From: Eledone cirrhosa
Lineage: Eukaryota
Reading direction: 5' to 3'
DNA: 64,000 bases
Assembly (NCBI GenBank): GCA_964016885.1
Contig: OZ024764.1
Coordinates: 5,952,001-6,016,000, forward strand
Both the position numbers and the translations under genes were made by a program. The notes below the pieces were generated by a model. That model was not told the DNA's origin, searched no databases, and saw only the letters and a list, made by a program, of their open reading frames with translations. Below are positions 24,422-37,229 of the stretch, piece by piece. How positions within the stretch are numbered: the stretch's first letter is position 1; each line of letters opens with the position of its first letter.

Positions 24422-24429
<8 letters not shown>
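24108..24429. mobile_element. fold-back Penelope-like module: about 153-bp arms, 16-bp spacer, HHR on each strand (minus 24148-24214, plus 24323-24389)
   Basis: Plus: TTTTAT-CTGATGA-AAACA..TGTTTTT-GAAA-TGTGCA-TA-ATAAAA. The minus copy has palindromic ATGCGCAT. Confidence 0.82.
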
Positions 24430-24479
<50 letters not shown>

Positions 24480-24484
<5 letters not shown>

Positions 24485-24684
24485 TTAGTTAAGCAAAACA
24501 AGACCACAAATTTCACAGAAATATTATATGGAGTAGCGAAACAATTGTAAACGGACATTATTATTATTGATATTATTATTATTATTCTCTACATTCCTTA
24601 CATCAAACTAAAATATGTTGACAATCTTTTAATAATGTCTTCTTTCTGAAGTTTGTGGTCTTGTTTTGCTTAACTAATGAATAT
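24480..24684. repeat. inverted repeat with about 40-bp arms beside (TA)n
   Basis: ATTCATTAGTTAAGCAAAACAAGACCACAAA / TTTGTGGTCTTGTTTTGCTTAACTAATGAAT. Confidence 0.85.
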
Positions 24685-24847
24685 TTCCAGCTCTGTGCAC
24701 CTAACTTTTGCATAAACCCAGCCACCTAGCTGCTTTCTACTGCATATTGCACATTGAGCACATGCCTTTACGCTTTGGCTTCTAACTAACTCACCAATCT
24801 CTCCTCTCCTATCTCCATCTCTCTCTTTAAGATTGGTTACTCTTGAA

Positions 24848-24904
<57 letters not shown>

Positions 24905-25153
24905 TATATACACAAACACTCCCACATATATATTTATATATATATATATATATATATATACCCACTCTACTACCCTAAGTATTGAGTACTTTGGTGCGTT
25001 ATGGTCCACTTGGTTCCTTACCACATTTCATTCGTTATATACATATACATACATATACATATACACATATATATATATATACATATATGAGCAGTGAAGT
25101 TTTAAATCAACATATTTGCATTGCTTTATTGTACTACAATAAAACTCACCTCC

Positions 25154-25216
<63 letters not shown>

Positions 25217-25284
25217 GAAAATGAACAAAACACGGGAAGCAATTGTAGTTATATTAGGTTCACACTGAGTGGAAGTGGAGAAGG

Positions 25285-25320
25285 TTTCAACATTTCGGAC
25301 ATAAGTCCTTCATCAGGAAA
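25285..25320 (-). ncRNA. minimal hammerhead ribozyme motif
   Basis: Minus: TTTC-CTGATGA-AGGAC TTAT GTCC-GAAA-TGTT-GAAA. Confidence 0.7.
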
Positions 25321-25465
25321 GTTTGAATAGAGGGAGAACAGGAATTCCGAGAAAGAGCAAGGAAGGTTTTAAGGAGGGAAGTTACAAAGTAGAAAATAAA
25401 AATAAAATATATACATATATGTAAATAAAATTAAGCATGGTTTTCCAAAGGGCGTCAGAGTTAAA

Positions 25466-25661
25466 TAAGGTACTCAATACATTAGTAAAGATGGAACATA
25501 TTTATTTTATATAGAAATGATTTTAATGGGATTAGAACTGTTTCATTAGCATGAAATCATCAGGGTATTCTTGATGATTTTATACTAATGAAACAGTTCT
25601 AGTCCTGTAGAAGCCATTTCTATATTAAATATTTATACTCTGCTATGTATTGAGTACCTTA
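25466..25661. mobile_element. degenerate fold-back module with two HHR-like cores
   Basis: TAAGGTACTCAATACAT / ATGTATTGAGTACCTTA arms. (C/T)TGATGA..GAAACAGTTC occurs on both strands. Confidence 0.5.
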
Positions 25662-25697
25662 CTTACTGTGATTACTCCCGATTGAACCCGGGATAAA

Positions 25698-26124
<427 letters not shown>

Positions 26125-26170
26125 AATTCCATCCCACCCGTCCCTTCAATCTACTTTATTTCTCATTCTT

Positions 26171-26206
26171 TCTTCTGATGAAGGACTAGCGTCCGAAACG
26201 TTAAGA
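26171..26206 (+). ncRNA. minimal hammerhead ribozyme (loopless palindromic stem III) in a pLTR-like fragment, about 26125-26290
   Basis: TCTT-CTGATGA-AGGAC TAGC GTCC-GAAAC-GTT-AAGA, flanked by (TA)n on both sides. Confidence 0.8.
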
Positions 26207-26516
26207 CCCTCTTCCTGCTATTTCAAGCGTTAACCTAATATATCCCTTCCAAATACTGTACCTATTGTGTTGTTATTTCTGTTTACCTTTTATATATATA
26301 TATCATCATCATCATCACCATTGTTTAACGTCTATCTTCCATGCTAGCATGGGTTAGATGGGAATTGTCCCAAGTTTGATGGGGTGACTGCGCCTCGCTT
26401 GTATAGGACTGTATCTGGCAGGTTTTCTACAGCTGGGTGCCCTTCCTAACACCAACCACATTTACAGTGTGGACTGGGAGCCTTTTTACCATGTCTCCTA
26501 CATGATCACTTTACAG

Positions 26517-26565
<49 letters not shown>

Positions 26566-26739
26566 ATGATGATATATATATAAATATAAAAATATCATCA
26601 TCATCATCGTTTAACGTCTATCTTCCACACTAGCATGGGTTAGACGGGTGACTGTGACTCGCTCATATAGGACTGTTTCTGATTGGTTTTCTATGGCTGG
26701 ATGCCCTTCCTAGCACCAACCACATTTAGTGCTGGGGGC

Positions 26740-28315
26740 TTTTGCAATGACACCTACATGACCACTTTACAGAGTTGGCTGGGTGCTTTTTGTTGTGACA
26801 CCTACATGACCACTTTACAGTGTGGACTGGGTACTTTTTGTTGTGACACCTACATGACCACTTTAAAGTGTGTACTGGGTGCTTTTTGTCATGACACCTA
26901 CATGACCACTTTACAGTGTGGACTGGGTACTTTTTGTTGTGACACCTACATGACCACTTTAAAGTGTAGACTGGGTGCTTTTTGTTGTGACACCTACATG
27001 ACCACTTTACAGTGTGGACTGGGTACTTTTTGTTGTGACACCTACACAACCACTTTACAGTGTGGACTGGGTACTTTTTGTTGTGACACCTACATGACCA
27101 CTTTACAGTGTGGACTGGGTACTTTTTGTTGTGACACCTACACAACCACTTTACAGTGTGGACTGAGTACTTTTTATTGTGACACCTACATGACCACTTT
27201 ACAGTGTGGACTGGGTACTTTTTGTTGTGACACCTACATGACCACTTTACAGTGTGGACTGGGTGCTTTTTGTTGTGACACCTACATGACCACTTTACAG
27301 TGTGGACTGGGTACTTTTTGTTGTGACACCTACACAACCACTTTACAGTGTGGACTGGGTGCTTTTTGTTGACACCTACATGGCCACTTTACAGTGTGGA
27401 CTGGGTGCTTTTTGTTGTGACACCTACATGACTACTTTACAGTGTGGACTGGGTGCTTTTTGTTGTGACACCTACATGACCACTTTACAGTGTGGACTGG
27501 GTGCTTTTTGTTGTGACACCTACATGACCACTTTACAGTGTGGACTGGGTGCTTTTTGTTGTGACACCTACACAACCACTTTACAGTGTGGACTGGGTAC
27601 TTTTTGTTGTGACACCTACATGACCACTTTACAGTGTGGACTGGGTGCTTTTTGTTGTGACACCTACATGACCACTTTACAGTGTGGACTGGGTATTTTT
27701 TGTTGTGACACCTACATGACCACTTTACAGTGTGGACTGGGTATTTTTTGTTGTGACACCTACATGACCACTTTACAGTGTGGACTGGGTGCTTTTTGTT
27801 GTGACACCTACATGACCACTTTACAGTGTGGAATGGGTGCTTTTTGTTGTGACACCTACATGACCACTTTACAGTGTGGACTGGGTGTTGTTTGTTGTGA
27901 CACCTACATGACCACTTTACAGTGTGGACTGGGTGTTGTTTGTTGTGACACCTACATGACCACTTTACAGTGTGGACTGGGTGCTTTTTGTTGTGACACC
28001 TACATGACCACTTTACAGTGTGGACTGGGTGCTTTTTGTTGTGACACCTACATGACCACTTTACAGTGTGGACTGGGTGCTTTTTGTTGTGACACCTACA
28101 TGACCACTTTACAGTGTGGACTGGGTGTTGTTTGTTGTGACACCTACATGACCACTTTACAGTGTGGACTGGGTGCTTTTTGTTGTGTCACCTACATGAC
28201 CACTTTACAGTGTAGACTGAGTGTTGTTTGTTGTGTCACCTACATGACCACTTTACAGTGAGGACTGGGTGCTTTTTGTTGTGTCACCTACATGACCACT
28301 TTACAGTGTAGACTG
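26740..28315. repeat. 48-bp SINE-derived minisatellite, about 33 copies
   Basis: Unit GACACCTACATGACCACTTTACAGTGTGGACTGGGTGCTTTTTGTTGT, continuous with the SINE fragment at 26595-26740. Confidence 0.95.
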
Positions 28316-28639
28316 ATATATATATATATATATAAAATAACAGGCGGCTCGACTGGTGTAATTCCTTAAAGGTTTATTATACATTATACTATGAACATTT
28401 GAATGACTGGGTTCAGTATGAATCCGGTGACATTATCAGGTACTCCGAAATTTAACAAAGGAATATAATAGACACAATCCAAGGGGCTGAAAAGCAGAGA
28501 GATGCCCAAGTCGAGAAGGTGGCCAAGAACGTGTGGCCGACTATACGGAATGACCAGTTCTATCCAGTGGTGAACCAAGAAACCTAAATGAATATATATA
28601 TATCTGCCTCTGTTTTGTTCCCGTCTAAATTTGCACTAT

Positions 28640-29105
28640 ATATATATATTCTAATTACGTACACACATACACATATATACACACACACACACATATATAT
28701 ACACACATACACATATATACACACACACATACATATATATATACACACACATATATATACACACATACACATATATACACACACATACATATATATACAC
28801 ACATATATATATATATATACACACATACACATATATATATACACACATACACATATATACACACACATACATATATATACACACACACATATATATACAC
28901 ACACATATATACATACACATGCATATATATACATATACACACACACACATATATATATACACACACATATATATACATACACATGCATATATATACACAC
29001 ATATATATATACATATACACACACATATATATACACACACATATATATACATACACATATATATATACATACACATATATATATACATACACATATATAT
29101 ATATA
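28640..29105. repeat. (CA/TA)n compound microsatellite
   Basis: Direct inspection. Confidence 0.95.
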
Positions 29106-29282
29106 TGTACATCTCACAACAAGATATTATGGAATGTCATATCACACAGCTCTCCTCAGCTGTGTGATATCATGGCTGCCATAGACTATTAATATCACAC
29201 TGTTGCCATAGAAACTCCTTCTATACAGTTACCATGATACAACATATACGACACAGCGGACATGTGAGTGTAATATACATAT

Positions 29283-29347
<65 letters not shown>

Positions 29348-29363
29348 TACATATATATATATA

Positions 29364-29453
29364 TAGGGTGTCCCTCCCCCAAAAATGTATACACACTTAA
29401 ACAGTATTCTAATAAATGTGTATATATTTTTGGGGGACACCCTGTACACACAT

Positions 29454-29487
<34 letters not shown>

Positions 29488-29662
29488 ATATGTATTTGGG
29501 GAGGGTCATATTGGTATACATATATACACGCACACACATACATGTATACACACACACACATATATATACATATATATATAGGGTGTCCCTCCCCCAAAAA
29601 TGTATACACACTTCAACAGTATTCTAATAAATATGTGTATATATTTTGGGGACACACCTTGT
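29364..29662. mobile_element. two copies of an about 80-bp Tc1/mariner-type MITE within an about 215-bp tandem duplication
   Basis: TAGGGTGTCCCTCCCCCAAAAATGTATACAC..GTGTATATATTTTTGGGGGACACCCTGTA terminal inverted repeats in a TA context, at about 29364-29445 and 29579-29662. Confidence 0.65.
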
Positions 29663-29923
29663 ACACACACACACATATATATATACACATATACATATAT
29701 ATATATTTGGGGAGGGTCATATTGGTATACATATATACACGCACACACATACATGTATACACACACACACATGTATACACACACACACACATATATATAC
29801 ATATATATACACACATACATATATATATACACACACAGACATTATATATATAATACAAGGACAATTTGTTAAGCCTTCATTCATTACATTTATTGATTAG
29901 TGATATATATATATATATGTATG

Positions 29924-29976
<53 letters not shown>

Positions 29977-30094
29977 TACATATTAACCAACAGATCCCTG
30001 GCTTGTCTGGGAGACCAGTAAGCCCACTTCAGTCCTGACTTCGTCTATGTAGACTCTTCCAACCCTTGATCGCAGGGAAAAAGGACATTAAAAC

Positions 30095-30151
<57 letters not shown>

Positions 30152-30162
30152 CCATTACAAGG

Positions 30163-30232
30163 GGTCTGACGAGCTGGGTCAGATCAAGACAGATTGAACC
30201 TTGAGCTGATCAGTGGTGAAACACGTGTCACC
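30163..30232 (+). ncRNA. type I hammerhead ribozyme with palindromic loop 3, in a pLTR-like fragment (about 30150-30385)
   Basis: GGT-CTGACGA-(extended stem II)-GAAAC-ACGT-GTC-ACC, then AACCAATAAA. Flanked by (TA)n. Confidence 0.8.
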
Positions 30233-30414
30233 AACCAATAAATGTAACGAAGGAGTAACCAATCGTCCTTGTTATCTTTTCACTATAATACACTCTGTAT
30301 AGCTCTACACCTCATCACAGAAGTGAACCTAAACATCGAGTGCTCACCTGGGTGAACCTACAGTGACTCCAAGTTACACTCCCTGGATATATATATGTAT
30401 ATATATATATATAG

Positions 30415-30600
30415 TAATTGTTTCTACTTTTGGCACAAGGCCATCAATTACCCAGTACATTACTGGTACTTTATTTTATCGACCCCGTAAGGATGAAAGG
30501 CAAAGTTAGCCTCGGCGGGATTTGAACTCAGACTGTAAAGGGAGGACGTAACTATGCTGGAAAGCATGGCGTCCGACTCTCTACCGATACTGCCAATCCA
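30415..30600 (-). mobile_element. tRNA-derived SINE family A
   Basis: Close match to 726-904. Confidence 0.88.
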
Positions 30601-30628
30601 CACCCGTTATATATATATATATATATAT

Positions 30629-30972
30629 GGAGGCACATGGCTTAGTGGTTAGAGCATTGGCCTTGCAATCGAAAGGTTGTGAGTTCAATTCTCAGATCGG
30701 GTGATGTGTTGTTTCCTTGAGCAAGACACTTTATTTCACATTGCTCCAGTTTACTCAGCTGTAGAAATGAGATGATAGGGACTGGGGTCCCTATCATACC
30801 ACTACAAAGTGGTCGTGGAGGTGCCACGGCAAAAAAGCACCCAGCACTCACTGTAAATGAGGTTGGTGTTAGGAAGGGCATCCAGCTGTAGAAATCAAGC
30901 CAGAATCAGTTCCCGTCCCACCCTTGCAAGCAGGGAAAAAGCGGACGTAAAATGAAATGATGATGATGAAAT
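30629..30972 (+). mobile_element. full-length tRNA-derived SINE family B
   Basis: A box TGGCTTAGTGG, B box GAGTTCAATTCT, CORE-like CCTTGAGCAAGACACTTT, and a 3' tail CCCGTCCCACCCTTGCAAGCAGGGAAAAAGCGGACGTAAAATG shared with the RTE LINE. Confidence 0.9.
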
Positions 30973-31068
30973 GATATATATAGTAATAATAATAAATTTG
31001 GAGCCTAAAATCCAAAGAGAGCTTGTTAAGGATAAATCTATATCAAATATATAAGAACAGCTGAGCAA

Positions 31069-31179
31069 ATATTTATTAAAATAACAGATTAAAGTTTAAG
31101 CAATGAATCGCTGCTTTCATCCTTAACGGGATCTTCTGAAAGCAGCGATTCTTTGTTTAAACTTTAATCTGTTATTTTA

Positions 31180-31187
<8 letters not shown>
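31069..31187. repeat. fold-back inverted repeat (about 50-bp arms), same family as 19915-19987
   Basis: TGAAAGCAGCGATTCTTTG..CTTTAATCTGTTATTTTAATAAATAT and its reverse complement, abutting (TA)n. Confidence 0.85.
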
Positions 31188-31215
<28 letters not shown>

Positions 31216-31556
31216 TCATCATCATCATCATCATTTTACATCTGAGTGGTTGTCTTGCTCATATAGGACTGTCTGGCGGGTTTTCTACAGCTGGATGCCC
31301 TTCCTAACACCAACCACGTTTACAGTGTGGACTGGGAGGTTTTTACCGTGTTACCTACACGGCCACATTACAGCGTGGACTGTGTGTTTTTTGTCGTGAC
31401 ACCTACACGACCTCATTTATTTAGGACTGGATGTTGTGGTACCAACATAGCTTTACATCGAAAGGGGTGGTGTAGATGGCGGTGGGGGTAGGGTTAGTGG
31501 GATGGGGGTGTATTTTGGTTAAGAGGTGCCTACAGACTGTAGGTTTCGCTTTGCAC

Positions 31557-31835
31557 TTAGGCAAGGCAGGTCTTCTGTATTACTACGTAGCGCCAAAGAT
31601 CTCGGTCCAGTGACATTGTCTTGGAGAGGTGTAAGTGCGTGAGGTCGGATTTTATCAAGTCATCCCAGGTTTTTCTGGGTCTACCTACTCCGTAGCTACC
31701 ATTTATTTTGATCGCTCTGCACTTTTTTATGCAGCTGCTGTCTTTCATGCGCATCACGTGACCATACCAACGTAGTCTTCTCTCGAGTAAACAGCATCTG
31801 ATCCCTCTTATTCCTAATTTCTCCCTTAGTTCATT
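31557..31835 (-). mobile_element. diverged RTE LINE 3' fragment
   Basis: ELREKLGIRGI..RRLRWYGHVMRM..GRPRKTW. Confidence 0.85.
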
Positions 31836-32321
31836 TATATATATCATATGACAAGAGTTATGCAATATAACATGTATAAAAGATGGCTAGAAGGCAGTTG
31901 TGATATGTTATAACTGCCACAGTTACCTGTGTGATATCCTTTATTGTGAGATATCACACTATCTGTGTATAGTGTATAATAGTGTTGTCTGTCTGTCTGC
32001 AGTGCTGCTATGACAACAGTGTGATATTATGAAATCACCATAGCAGGCAGATGTGCTATTTAGTAGCAGTGTGATATCCAATATTTCATTCTAAGTTAAT
32101 AGCTGTGTGATATAGTGGGGTGGTGTGGTGTGGGGTGCTTGGGTTAGAGGTCAACATTGGGGGGGGGGGGGTCGCACTAGGTCAGAGGTCATAAGTGTCA
32201 TGTTACACACACAGAAAGAGAGACATGCACACACACACACATAGAAAGAGAGACATGCACACACACACACATAGAAAGAGAGACATGCACACACACACAC
32301 ATAGAAAGAGAGACATGTATG

Positions 32322-32369
<48 letters not shown>

Positions 32370-32466
32370 TTTTGAGTTTATGTTGGTTGTATACCAACAC
32401 CTCAGTATGCAGGCTGGAGCACTCGACGAAGTGCGCAGGTTGGTTTGGTTACTCCGGAGTAGTGTA

Positions 32467-32833
32467 AAATAAAGTTAAATAAAAGTCAAATGATTAAAAT
32501 TTAGCTTCGTTTATTACTGCTATATATATTTCAGTGACAGCCATCTTTGGCTGTGACCTCTTCAGGCAGTTTGAATTAGTGTGGTACAGACAAGTACATA
32601 TGTTGTTTAGGTGTATAATATTGTCAATACTCTGATATGCCCAGTTCCTGGTTGGGTTGTTATTTCACTGGGGAACTGGAGTCATACACCTAAACAACAT
32701 ATGTACTTGTCTATACCATACTAATTCAAACTGCCTGAAGAGGTCACAGCCAAAGATGGCTGTCACTGAAATATATATAGCAGTAATAAACGAAGCTAAA
32801 TTTTAATCATTTGACTTTTATTTAACTTTATTT
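32467..32833. mobile_element. fold-back Penelope-like module: about 150-bp arms, HHR on each strand (minus 32516-32570, plus 32730-32784)
   Basis: ACTGC-CTGAAGA-GGTCACAGCCA AAGA TGGCTGTCACT-GAAA-TATATA-TA-GCAGT, then AATAAA. Confidence 0.85.
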
Positions 32834-32836
32834 AAC

Positions 32837-34700
32837 ATGTGTCAATGCAAATCAGGATGTTGTTGGAGATAAATGTGTCCGGGATGATGCCGGTGTACTT
32901 AGTGTCACGAATGACCAGAAAAAGGAGGCCTGGAAATGTCATTATGAGAGACTGATGAATGTGGAGAACGAATGGGAGAGAGAGAAATTACCCTTGGTAG
33001 ATCTGACAGAGGGACCAGCTATTGAGATTGACGAATATAGGGTCCAAGAGGCGATTAGGGAAATGTGAAAAATGGTAAGGCGGCCGGACCATCGGGAATA
33101 GTTGCTGAGATGCTGAAGGCATCAGGGGACGTAGGCACTAAACTGGTTGCACGCATCATCAATCAGGCTATATATGGTGGTGTCATACCCAAAGACTGGT
33201 GCAGCAGTATTCTCATAAATTGCTACAAAGGTAAAGGGGATGCTTTGGAGAGGAGCAATTATAGGGGTATAAAACTGATAGATCAGGTTATGAAAGTGGC
33301 AGAAAGGATTTTAGCACAACTAATTAGAGAAAGGGTCAAACTAGATGAGATGCAGTTTGGTTTTGTGCCTGGGAAGAGTACAACAGATGCCCTCTTCTTG
33401 GTGAGACAAATGCAAGAGAGGTTCTTAGAGAAGAATAAGCCACTATACTTAGCCTTTGTTGACCTAGAGAAGGCCTTTGATAGGGTACCCCGATCTGTCA
33501 TCTGGTGGTCCCTAAGGAAGCTAGGTGTTGAGGAATGGCTTGTGAGGACAGTGCAAACTTTGTACAGAGGTACTCTCAGTAAAGTCAGGGTAGGAATGGA
33601 GTTTAGTGAGGAATTCCAGATACAAGTAGGAGTACATCAGGGTTCGGTCCTCAGCCCGCTCTTGTTCATTATAGTCCTCCAAGCCATAACAGAGGAGTTT
33701 AAGACTGGCTGTCCATGGGAACTTCTCTATGCTGACGATCTGGCTCTTATAGCAGAATCAGTAGAGGAGCTAGAGAATAAATTCCGGCTATGGAAACAGC
33801 AGTTGGAAGCAAGAGGACTGAGAGTAAATCTAGCTAAGACAAAAGTGTTGATGAGTAGAAAAGACGACATGTTCGATATGCAGAAAAGGAACTGGCATAA
33901 ATTCTATAAAATGCACACAATGCAGGTCCTGGGTACACAAGAGATGTAGCGGGATAGCAGGCAAACTAACAGGTAGGGAGAAATATGTATGCAGTAGATG
34001 TACAGGGAAATTAGACAGTAGAAGTCGCAGTGATAGACACATTTTTCAAATGCGAGAGGGCGCTATAGAAGTGGTGGATAGCTTCCGGTACCTAGGAGAT
34101 CAGATTAGCATGGGAGGAGGGTGTTCCGAGGCCATAGTATCTAGAATAAGGACGGGTTGGAAGAAGTTTAGGGAGCTGCTTCCTCTGCTGACGAAGAAGG
34201 GTTTCTCCCTGCGTACGAAAGGCCGGTTGTATGATGCCTGTGTGAGGAGCGCGATGCTGCATGGTAGTGAGACATGGGCAGCAACCGCAGAGGATATGCG
34301 ACAGCTGGAGAGAAATGAGGCAAGCATGCTCCGTTGGATGTGCAGTGTAAATGTGCGTGAACGACCCAGCATAAATGTGTTGAGAGAGAAACTGTGTCTG
34401 AGAGGGATAGAATGTAGTGTACGGGAGAGGAGACTGAGGTGGTATGGACATGTGATGCGCATGGAGGATGACCGATGGCTGAAGAAGTGCCAGGAAATGC
34501 CAGTTGAAGGAAGACGTGGTAGAGGTAGACCACGAAAAACATTGGCGGAGGTGGTGAGAACAGACCTCAGATCATTGAAGCTCACGGTGGAGATGACGAG
34601 GGACCATGACGAGTGGAGAGATGCTGTGCTGAATAAGACCCGTCCCACCCTTGCAAGCAGGGAAAAGCGGACGTAAAATGATGATGATGATGATGATGAT
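32837..34700 (+). mobile_element. 5'-truncated RTE LINE, frameshifted
   Basis: Near-identical to the 19994-21710 copy, with a 2-bp insertion near 33065, an about 29-bp deletion near 33868, and an (ATG)n tail. Confidence 0.95.
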
Positions 34701-34702
34701 GT

Positions 34703-35278
34703 ATCCCAGTACAACCTGTCTCATGGTCGGGTCGTTGGCGACTAAACTGGCAACCCCACCAAGGTTTCTTGGTGGGGAGGGTGACTTTGGACATCCTGCA
34801 GGACTAAAAACAAAACCTGTCCAAGGGCAAAGGAGCTCTTAAGAGTCAATGGCCATCCAAAATCACTAGGAGAGATGACCCCTTAGCCTTTGTCAAGGCA
34901 GAATTCTAGGAGAAGGAAAACTCTGATATAACACCTGCAACCCTGATGGTATCCAATGATGTTGACTTGTTCTTCTTTTTGGTAAATATCATCTTGGTTA
35001 AGAGAGTGGGACTGGCTTTGTGCAGTGCCTTTGCTCACTATAAAAGCTTCACGGCACAGGCATTGCTTTATATCTGGAGATCTCTCTGCACTTGTCGTCA
35101 CATGGTACCATGGGCCCAGCACTATGTGTCAATAATTGTCGCATTGTGTAGTGTTTGTACCAGAGTTTTCAAGTCACTGGCTGGACTAGAAAGTCACACC
35201 CGTTCAGCGCATCGGTAGGGGTTCTCCTACATGGATATAAAGTAGTGGCCGTACTCGAAAACAAGTTGGCAGTCACCA
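34703..35278 (+). mobile_element. probable non-autonomous RTE/BovB-like element
   Basis: Ends in a remnant C2H2 finger CSVCTRVFKSLAGLESHTRSAH, typical of RTE-BovB ORF C-termini. The 5' part resembles RTE leaders. Confidence 0.45.
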
Positions 35279-35745
35279 TATATATATATATATATATATA
35301 TACATACACATGTACACACACATGCATTTACATATATATACACACACACTTGCATGTACATATGCATATACACATACACACATGTACATATATAAATACA
35401 CATTTATATATACACACACACATATATATATACACACACAAACACACACATATACGCATATACACACACACACATATATATACACACACACAATTATATA
35501 CATACACAAACATATATATATTCATACACACACATATATATATATACACACACACATTTACATACATACACAAACACATACATATATTCATACACACATA
35601 TATATATATATACATATATACACACACATATATATATATATACATATATACACACATAAATATATACATATATACACACATATATATATATATACATATA
35701 CATACACATATATATATATATACATATACATACACACACACACAG
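35279..35745. repeat. (CA/TA)n compound microsatellite
   Basis: Direct inspection. Confidence 0.95.
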
Positions 35746-36515
35746 TCTACCATCAATGTTCTGAAGTGAGTAAATCCATGCAATATACTGTAAAGACCCC
35801 CCCCCCCCGCCTCTATCTGTCTAGCTCTCTCTTATACTACACTCTCTTTCTCTCACAGGTTTCTCAGTCTCTCTCTCTTTCCTACCACCATCACCATACA
35901 TACCACACCACCGCTACCTCCGACATCAAGTTCCTCCACTACCGTCATCATCATCATATATACCACCCCACCAGCCCCTTCATCAAGTTCCTCCACTCTC
36001 ACCCCTCAAAGTTCACACATACCATTCATATAAGCCCCTACACGATTGGGAATTATAACTTAGGGATTATTTAGATGTCACCACCAGTCTTTCACTGGTA
36101 GGAGGGGTGTGGTAGTGGTGGGGTGTGTGGTGGTGGCATTGGTGACTGTGGGGTAGGGGATGAGGGGGTGTTGGTAAAGAGAAAGGGCAAACATACATAA
36201 TAGGACTCCTTCCACCTCAACCACTGGATGCACGTGCACGCAAATATATACACAAACACATATGCACACATTATATACATACACATACATCTTTGTCTTG
36301 TCATTTTTCAAACCACACACACACATATATATATAGATATATATTATATATAAAGGCAAGTGGATACTTGGAACAAAAGACCTGTTGATGAAGAGAAATC
36401 CCTGTTCCATCTTAGGATACATTACTGATATACATTACATAACTTGGAGTTTAACTTCTGCATACCAAGAAACCTATCGAAGATTACAATACAACAGGAG
36501 GAAACAATAGTACCA

Positions 36516-36550
36516 CTGATGATGTCACAGGTGTGTGATGAAAGAACTTT
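36516..36550 (+). ncRNA. degenerate hammerhead core
   Basis: CTGATGA-TGTCACA GGTG TGTGAT-GAAA-GAAC-TT. Stem I is poor. Lies in a TA-flanked block. Confidence 0.4.
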
Positions 36551-36921
36551 AATAGACTATATATATATATATATATCATCATCATATGTCCGCTTTTCCC
36601 TGCTTGCAAGGGTGGGACGGGTCCTATTCAGCACAGCATCTATATATATACATATATATATAGGAACGATCGACTTTCGTCAAATCGGACCGAGGGAACA
36701 ATGTTTCCGTTGGTCTTTCCAATTGCTAATACTATCTATCGGTCGCAACTCCAGGTAGAAGGAGCAACGTGAAATAAAGTGTCTTGCTCAAGGACATAAC
36801 GCATCGCCTGGTCCAGGAATCGAACTCACAACCTTACGATTGCGAATCCAATTCTCTAACCACACATACATAATAGGACTCCTTCACATATATATAATTA
36901 TATATATATATATATATATAT

Positions 36922-37018
36922 AATTATTATAAAGAACGAGGCTTCAGTGTTGCATCATATCACATTTATTACAAATAATGTGATATGATGCAACACTGAA
37001 GACTCGTTCTTTATAATA
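36922..37018. repeat. hairpin with about 45-bp arms abutting (TA)n
   Basis: ATTATAAAGAACGAGGCTTCAGTGTTGCATCATATCACATT / AATGTGATATGATGCAACACTGAAGACTCGTTCTTTATAAT. Confidence 0.85.
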
Positions 37019-37229
37019 TTATACTCTGCTCTAGTTGAGCATTGAGTGCTCAACCGGCATACCGCCTTCGGACACATTTACCTTGCAACACTACAACTAT
37101 ATATATTTATATCTCTATTTTTAACCGTTGGTCAATCAATGATAAACATTGATTGACAGATAAATTAACTATAAAAGATACAGAAGCAAAAACCAATCCA
37201 AACCAAACAGTGAGTGTTTTATTATTTCA

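Noticed and set aside
28335-28450. Possible HHR on the minus strand (CTGATAA.., AATAAA) in a TA-flanked block
   Set aside because: The core is mutated and no convincing GAAA or stems could be assigned.
30629-30700. tRNA genes at SINE heads
   Set aside because: A and B boxes continue into SINE bodies, with no complete cloverleaf or acceptor stem.
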